Below, in pieces: positions 62,501 to 64,000 of a DNA stretch of 64,000 nt. The position numbers were made by a program, and so were the translations under genes. A model generated the notes under the pieces. The model was not told the origin of the DNA. It did no database searches and was given only the letters and a program-made list of their open reading frames with translations. The DNA lies in assembly GCA_964592105.1 (NCBI GenBank), contig CAZQBL010000016.1, positions 2,560-66,559 on the forward strand, in the 5' to 3' direction. How positions within the stretch are numbered: position 1 is the first letter of the stretch; each line of letters begins with the position of its first letter. This DNA is from an uncultured Gammaproteobacteria bacterium. Lineage in GTDB: Bacteria > Patescibacteriota > Patescibacteriia > UBA10025 > JAHIVO01.

Positions 62501-62779
62501 CGATTGCGCCGCGGTCAAAACGAAGAACAGAGTGATGATGGCGCCGGTCAGTATCGCAGCATTAGACACGCTAGCACAGTTCTGGACGTTGATTATCGTA
62601 TACCTCTGCGTGTCAGTGGACTCTTTGTGGCCAAGGGCTATAATTTCGACCGAAAGTATTTAAGAAATCTTGCCGCCGCCGAACAAATCGTGTATGATGG
62701 AAGGGTAGTGGCTAACACTCCGCCGGGCTTGTCCGATTTTATAAAAGCCCTGCCCGTATATCAGAGGGTAACACCATAA
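53555..62779 (+). CDS. Giant (~3070 aa) membrane-anchored multidomain surface protein: DNRLRE-like, FnIII-like, dockerin, GWAW repeats, beta-propeller, C-terminal beta-solenoid
   Basis: N-terminal TM after ATG 53555; RSYLSFDTSSI..ATL; YYYRVRARN; GDVNRDCDV..GDVNGDGVINSLD; GWAWSSNAGWISL; PSLAVD..PHLAW repeats; YDGRVVANTPPG. Confidence 0.8.
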   Translation: MSKFTKYISYTVLILALAGVLAAGLFLITYMMSKPAEKAVGPVGVDPETQIDESVQKISRNYSEVLNEDGTRTATFTLGQSQYLDANGTYQPIDTNLVASEGDFAYKNETNGFRSYFSASATADNFAKFQIGDRSVAFSFVEPNGSTAAVDDNTIIYPNVYDGLDAKYTITGDEFLEELIARKELTVDRISQKIKLNGVYYKQQPDGSITFHDEKTKKIAWLAPAPVMYEQNNPEKISSGLHYEIQESGEGIILSKVIDQAGKQWLKTATFPVVIEPTYSPPPYYVSGPWGYLRRRTDGGIISTFLHYTPGEVKNHTVYTRHHYQARSYLSFDTSSIVDSAVVQTATLAVTMDSWGACLSDGSSFQRIYSCKDTWSTLDSSTWNSCLTTRDGNVRIGTGEFWGPGETVTINVSPVNISTIGASQFNLDYRGIVAPNDDVNCWVQYHIGSGGAARPVLTVTYLAQPAPPNNFEILPATTQDSLTMTFSDQTTDEDGWVIQTSLTGADGTWIDMCDIPTASPSGGCYNYLRGEYSCHNTSKANYDYDDGTTHRYCTVTHYDFTTTPNSKHYYRIASRANDVPGSPYWIGESFQLSTPTYRYTLASPITVAPTTVTSPGWNYYQIPSGGLPGGLPTFCLGARFLAPNGTWPPATPTVGTRYLMERAYTQSGVGTVSAYVLTSNPNRCTQHTLAEWNALLPIVIPAAEVPYPIWPNRLFEFGFYSVNGDGVLTEPTVFRSRYSRARRPSAPAISNITSTSMTVKIDTAPSDGFTKPSTPPAGCSDTICGDVNRDCDVTGSDVSYFVNYIKNGGGFVENWTGDVNGDGVINSLDILYLVDFFQGEITLNCGGANILNPAWTDYEVGTTSGSYINVSGANGNLQSNERWYDYDGMCSVDNYMTCHVANDCPSPQTCIISGTTWGGAAGVNLTGLTPNTCYTFQARSRNNTDLIVSNWQTGSQQCTLAAVPGSPGVSCNYDDDITKQYFCQVTITNPNGNPNGTQYLTEYSYDNVNWGHCSNNPAIACNDATPCGGGNCVTNIAEDWTAYPKSGGSWLLSHNQLTCDAGHSRYYYRVRARNSVGVVTDPSPVGSDTLPPCPVSVNHYDNPVCRKNSYLDGWPEDPQCDLADPFDPQSEDEFPVFWWWRPAVSGREIQAYQVYLHSQDGNDYCLAGIPLEQFGCGETVRLKTEGEEFKQPWRESEWNEVEIPQINERGIIFKQFFQEGAKDPTTPTMTLPNHQYEIIVRGVDNLGKMGAPSTLGVSADNSAYTHFEQPEPVNLEISRVNQENRITISTSNPQRHCDGEDFCNLTGLNNSGLQFKVVSVSEGGTEAPQGGGETGFDLSNVYKSLSVVDRQLSTNRRYCYNVRGYNGDCVDTDPTDGECDQLNDSTSWARDMTCAFTWANVPHAPRLIKQEGTTDTTVIIRSDDGNPHPTTEPTNEAGANTRYAMCVTKYSATDQVDFRRYVSPTTGFLGSCAGYPNVSNENDCTNPPYNSTWTWNDSCDQPNSYLTTPEKYWSVRGSGTGNGWGGDDGVLLTGLENSKYDFSFQARNGDKVPTQFGPAATLFLVRNNVVGWAWSSNAGWISLNCLNMWANPTVYGYSCNSADEWGLNTYYVEGREYNPLEGYAWSASGLALGGEWTEAENVSRVKNVSSAYGAPSLAVDVYGNPHLAWANRAGGDRTDIYYLKKENGEWRTADDTIYVPGSTPSVNVTNTNALASVMPSLALDSSGLPHLVWYEEGGGVFYLKWDTADNRWETILGWDFATANIPANRGTSGLRISPPGNNGNNTPHLVLDKKNLPHVVYTFNNEIYYKYWDSTASSGDGAWVDANGEAGGEDRLNVSNTGAEENYCSTDPKLALSNEAEQRPYIVWRQSDPNNEGCDETGAVYLRRWDGANWVTVSGDSDQGYNGANLHVNFGVAGYVEENNPPDNYHAESPNLALDSQNRPGVVWRDPNDIFYKKWNGVRWVPSAASASFPDLWVNYDTGKFHQNASRTGSASGTLQIAITMKDDLPQISWGENAPGFKKEVVFRYWNQQHWTTISGAGNDDFVHRDDEDFSVSRTPQDASLAPSMSFDAFGNPHIAWLEYTYDWDDGDCVTNGEGGQTCCASNNDCANPDYPYCVNLYPDSFCSAVDIKYSKWDQTPKNTGLGWVSLYAKVCKDDTQHGCFDDDDCGGVAGSCQESAGTPPDGVLYGFCYNNTDTTGEKYGVCSNNNTIKCTEHDVSDCNAPDTATCILETCISDSDCPDPESGVKECRRITTANFNGTTREIEGWARILSKKDEGLINGFVDWGWIHLNGNYDDGQGNAGTYGLTGTEVDSQNFLGDPDVNPNNVKLYSLFGWAWQSQTAWFPDKVQSGVGWIEFMPVGALLGIPYLQTQYSDIYAGQNISLAPPPRGSGYYTSTYLILANGDIQGIPGYYAQTQTGLPTSQYIESGLSSLIGGSCSNTNYHTQADCEAHLGTWTQGAGEPLGTRPLSRINITDLITQVSGSNKNRFGQEVVTLSSGDLSLSDGDHLGPTPVLNSKVYYVNGNASVDYSTITFMKGGDGTSGNGTIIINGNLEINKDIKYDDTELDSGNDNITDLPSAAFIVEGNIYINSKVQTLSAVFVAKDNPNTTDVVEGTISTGRVKPFSVSIENSRDDGNVVYVPSGSKYIDQFDFNDLSVGYNIDGQEVYRGFLRFPLDVPAGSEIQRAYLRLTAAGSSEIGNPEAFAPRIYLVNTGNMNSLDSYDANGDGNWDELYNIAIANGITAPLLTGWNNGSQWVDDAGAVNESPDLKSLIQHFVNMSDYIEGNSIGIVIKEGNAASLDENNILRFYTFDNGDPNYYPELVIEYSPRRTSVQVSHDASGSKQGSTYFNDTPNCIDIGWNNSRANRAILQFAPLAVPKEAEIVNARLRMEICDSGGGSFQMRYGLHEGYPAFDNDYLPHYYDTPKLDITRVAEVAQSLSSSDWANGTTVVSDDITRLVASFFDRDDYNSRFEQAFSLRLRRGQNEEQSDDGAGQYRSIRHASTVLDVDYRIPLRVSGLFVAKGYNFDRKYLRNLAAAEQIVYDGRVVANTPPGLSDFIKALPVYQRVTP

Positions 62780-62861
62780 GTAGTCTTAAGCATTTATCAT
62801 GTTGAATAAGTTTCAGCACGACAAATGCGCGAAATATAATTATACATTATAAATTAAGAAC

Positions 62862-63980
62862 GTGGCCAAAAAACAATATTATCTTGGTGTCGATATTGGA
62901 GGCGGAAGCCTCAAAGTCGTTGAATTAAAACCCGTGGGCAACAGACCCCAGTTGGTTACTTATGGCTATGTGGATGAAAGCTACAATATCATCAAAGATG
63001 ATACGCCTGATGCTCTCCGGGAAATCGCTGACCATTTACGTGAATTACTAAAGCAATCTCGGGTCACCAGCAATCGTGCGGTCTCGGCCTTGCCATCTTT
63101 TTCCGTTTTCAGCTCGATTATCAATCTGCCGGCTATGGCAAAAAAGGATTTGATTTCTGCCGTGCGCTGGGAAGCCAAAAAATTCGTGCCCATTCCTTTG
63201 GAAGAAATGATTTTAGACTGGGAGGTTCTGAAAGAACCGGGTCAGGTAATTTCAGACGGCGAAGAAATAGGGGAAAAAAGAAAAAAAGACGAAATAGATA
63301 AAGAAAAGTCCAAAAATGCCAAGGGAGAAACCGCCAAGGGTAATCTCAAAGTGCTGTTGACTGCCGCCCCGAAAAATCTAGTTAATCGGTATGTGGAGTT
63401 ATTCAAGGAAGTCGGTTTGCAGTTGGTTGGTCTGGAAACCGAATCTTTCGCTTTGGAGAGATCTTTGGTGGGCAATGACTTGAATCCGGTCATGGTTGTT
63501 GATTTAGGCAGCCGTTTCACCAGTATAATAATATTTTCCGGGGGTGTGCCAATTTTGAACCGGAGTATCGACGTAGGCGGTCGTTCCGTTACCAAAGGTT
63601 TGGCCGAAACTATGGGACTTTCTGAGCCGCAGGCAGAGCAGTACAAAAGGGACATGAGTATTTCTTTGGAGAAAGAGCCGCTGGAGAAATTGCCGCGGCC
63701 GGTTGCTTACCTGATCAACTCTTTGATTAACGAAATGCGTTATATTCTTAACATTTATCAGAGTCAAAGTCGTCAGCCGGTATCAAAAGTAATTTTAACC
63801 GGCGGGTCATGTTTTGTGGCCGGTCTCGCTGACTATATTTATAATATTTTCAATATCAAGGCATTTATCGGTGATCCTTGGGCCAGGGTTATTCATCCGG
63901 TTGATATCGACGCTATGCTTAAAGAACTGGGCCCCAGGTTTGCGGTCTCTATTGGATTGGCTTTACGGGAGATTGGATAA
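62862..63980 (+). CDS. pilM: Type IV pilus assembly protein PilM
   Basis: LGVDIGGGSLKVVEL, WEAKKFVPIPLEEMILDW, ETESFALERSL, VVDLGS, ILTGGS, FAVSIGLALR. Confidence 0.93.
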   Translation: MAKKQYYLGVDIGGGSLKVVELKPVGNRPQLVTYGYVDESYNIIKDDTPDALREIADHLRELLKQSRVTSNRAVSALPSFSVFSSIINLPAMAKKDLISAVRWEAKKFVPIPLEEMILDWEVLKEPGQVISDGEEIGEKRKKDEIDKEKSKNAKGETAKGNLKVLLTAAPKNLVNRYVELFKEVGLQLVGLETESFALERSLVGNDLNPVMVVDLGSRFTSIIIFSGGVPILNRSIDVGGRSVTKGLAETMGLSEPQAEQYKRDMSISLEKEPLEKLPRPVAYLINSLINEMRYILNIYQSQSRQPVSKVILTGGSCFVAGLADYIYNIFNIKAFIGDPWARVIHPVDIDAMLKELGPRFAVSIGLALREIG

Positions 63981-64000
63981 CTTATCCAAAATCACTTGGA

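Noticed and set aside
8770-62779. Diversity-generating retroelement acting on the adhesins, suggested by Avd-like four-helix genes
   Set aside because: No reverse transcriptase in the window and no template/variable repeat pair differing at adenines was seen
1-64000. CRISPR array, rRNA or UGA recoding (code 25)
   Set aside because: No regularly spaced repeats or rRNA-like sequence; long genes read through under code 11 and TGA serves as the prgI stop

Overview
Gene-dense 64 kb bacterial chromosome segment, standard code 11. The AT-rich leaders with few Shine-Dalgarno sites, Asn/Thr-rich linkers, giant Cys-rich surface proteins, PrgI/VirB4/pilin cassette and tRNA-Arg(GCG) suggest Patescibacteria (CPR, probably Parcubacteria/ABY1-like); this is an inference. 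Housekeeping genes are leuS, tsaC, an MFS transporter, rsmA, radA, a dksA-like gene, recG, 3 tRNAs, comF, clpC, htpX and lemA. They flank two large envelope loci. (1) 10.1-33.7 kb: a type IV secretion-like cluster behind a consensus sigma70 promoter. It encodes a 2714-aa Cys-rich protein, VirB6-, PrgI/VirB3-, VirB4- and VirB8-like proteins, and two pilin fusions, one carrying a lytic transglycosylase. No relaxase, coupling protein or integrase is in the window. (2) 45.0-64.0 kb: three paralogous secreted fibre/beta-propeller proteins and a ~3070-aa nested multidomain protein with a dockerin, directly upstream of pilM. Smaller signals include an ASCH-like domain and an in-frame palindromic element inside LeuRS, decayed four-helix-bundle cassettes, an 18-bp start region shared by a T4SS gene and pilM, a branched RNA structure between clpC and comF, tRNA-Ser fragments, and an unannotated 45-aa membrane protein. 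All family calls come from motif recognition by eye; no searches were run.
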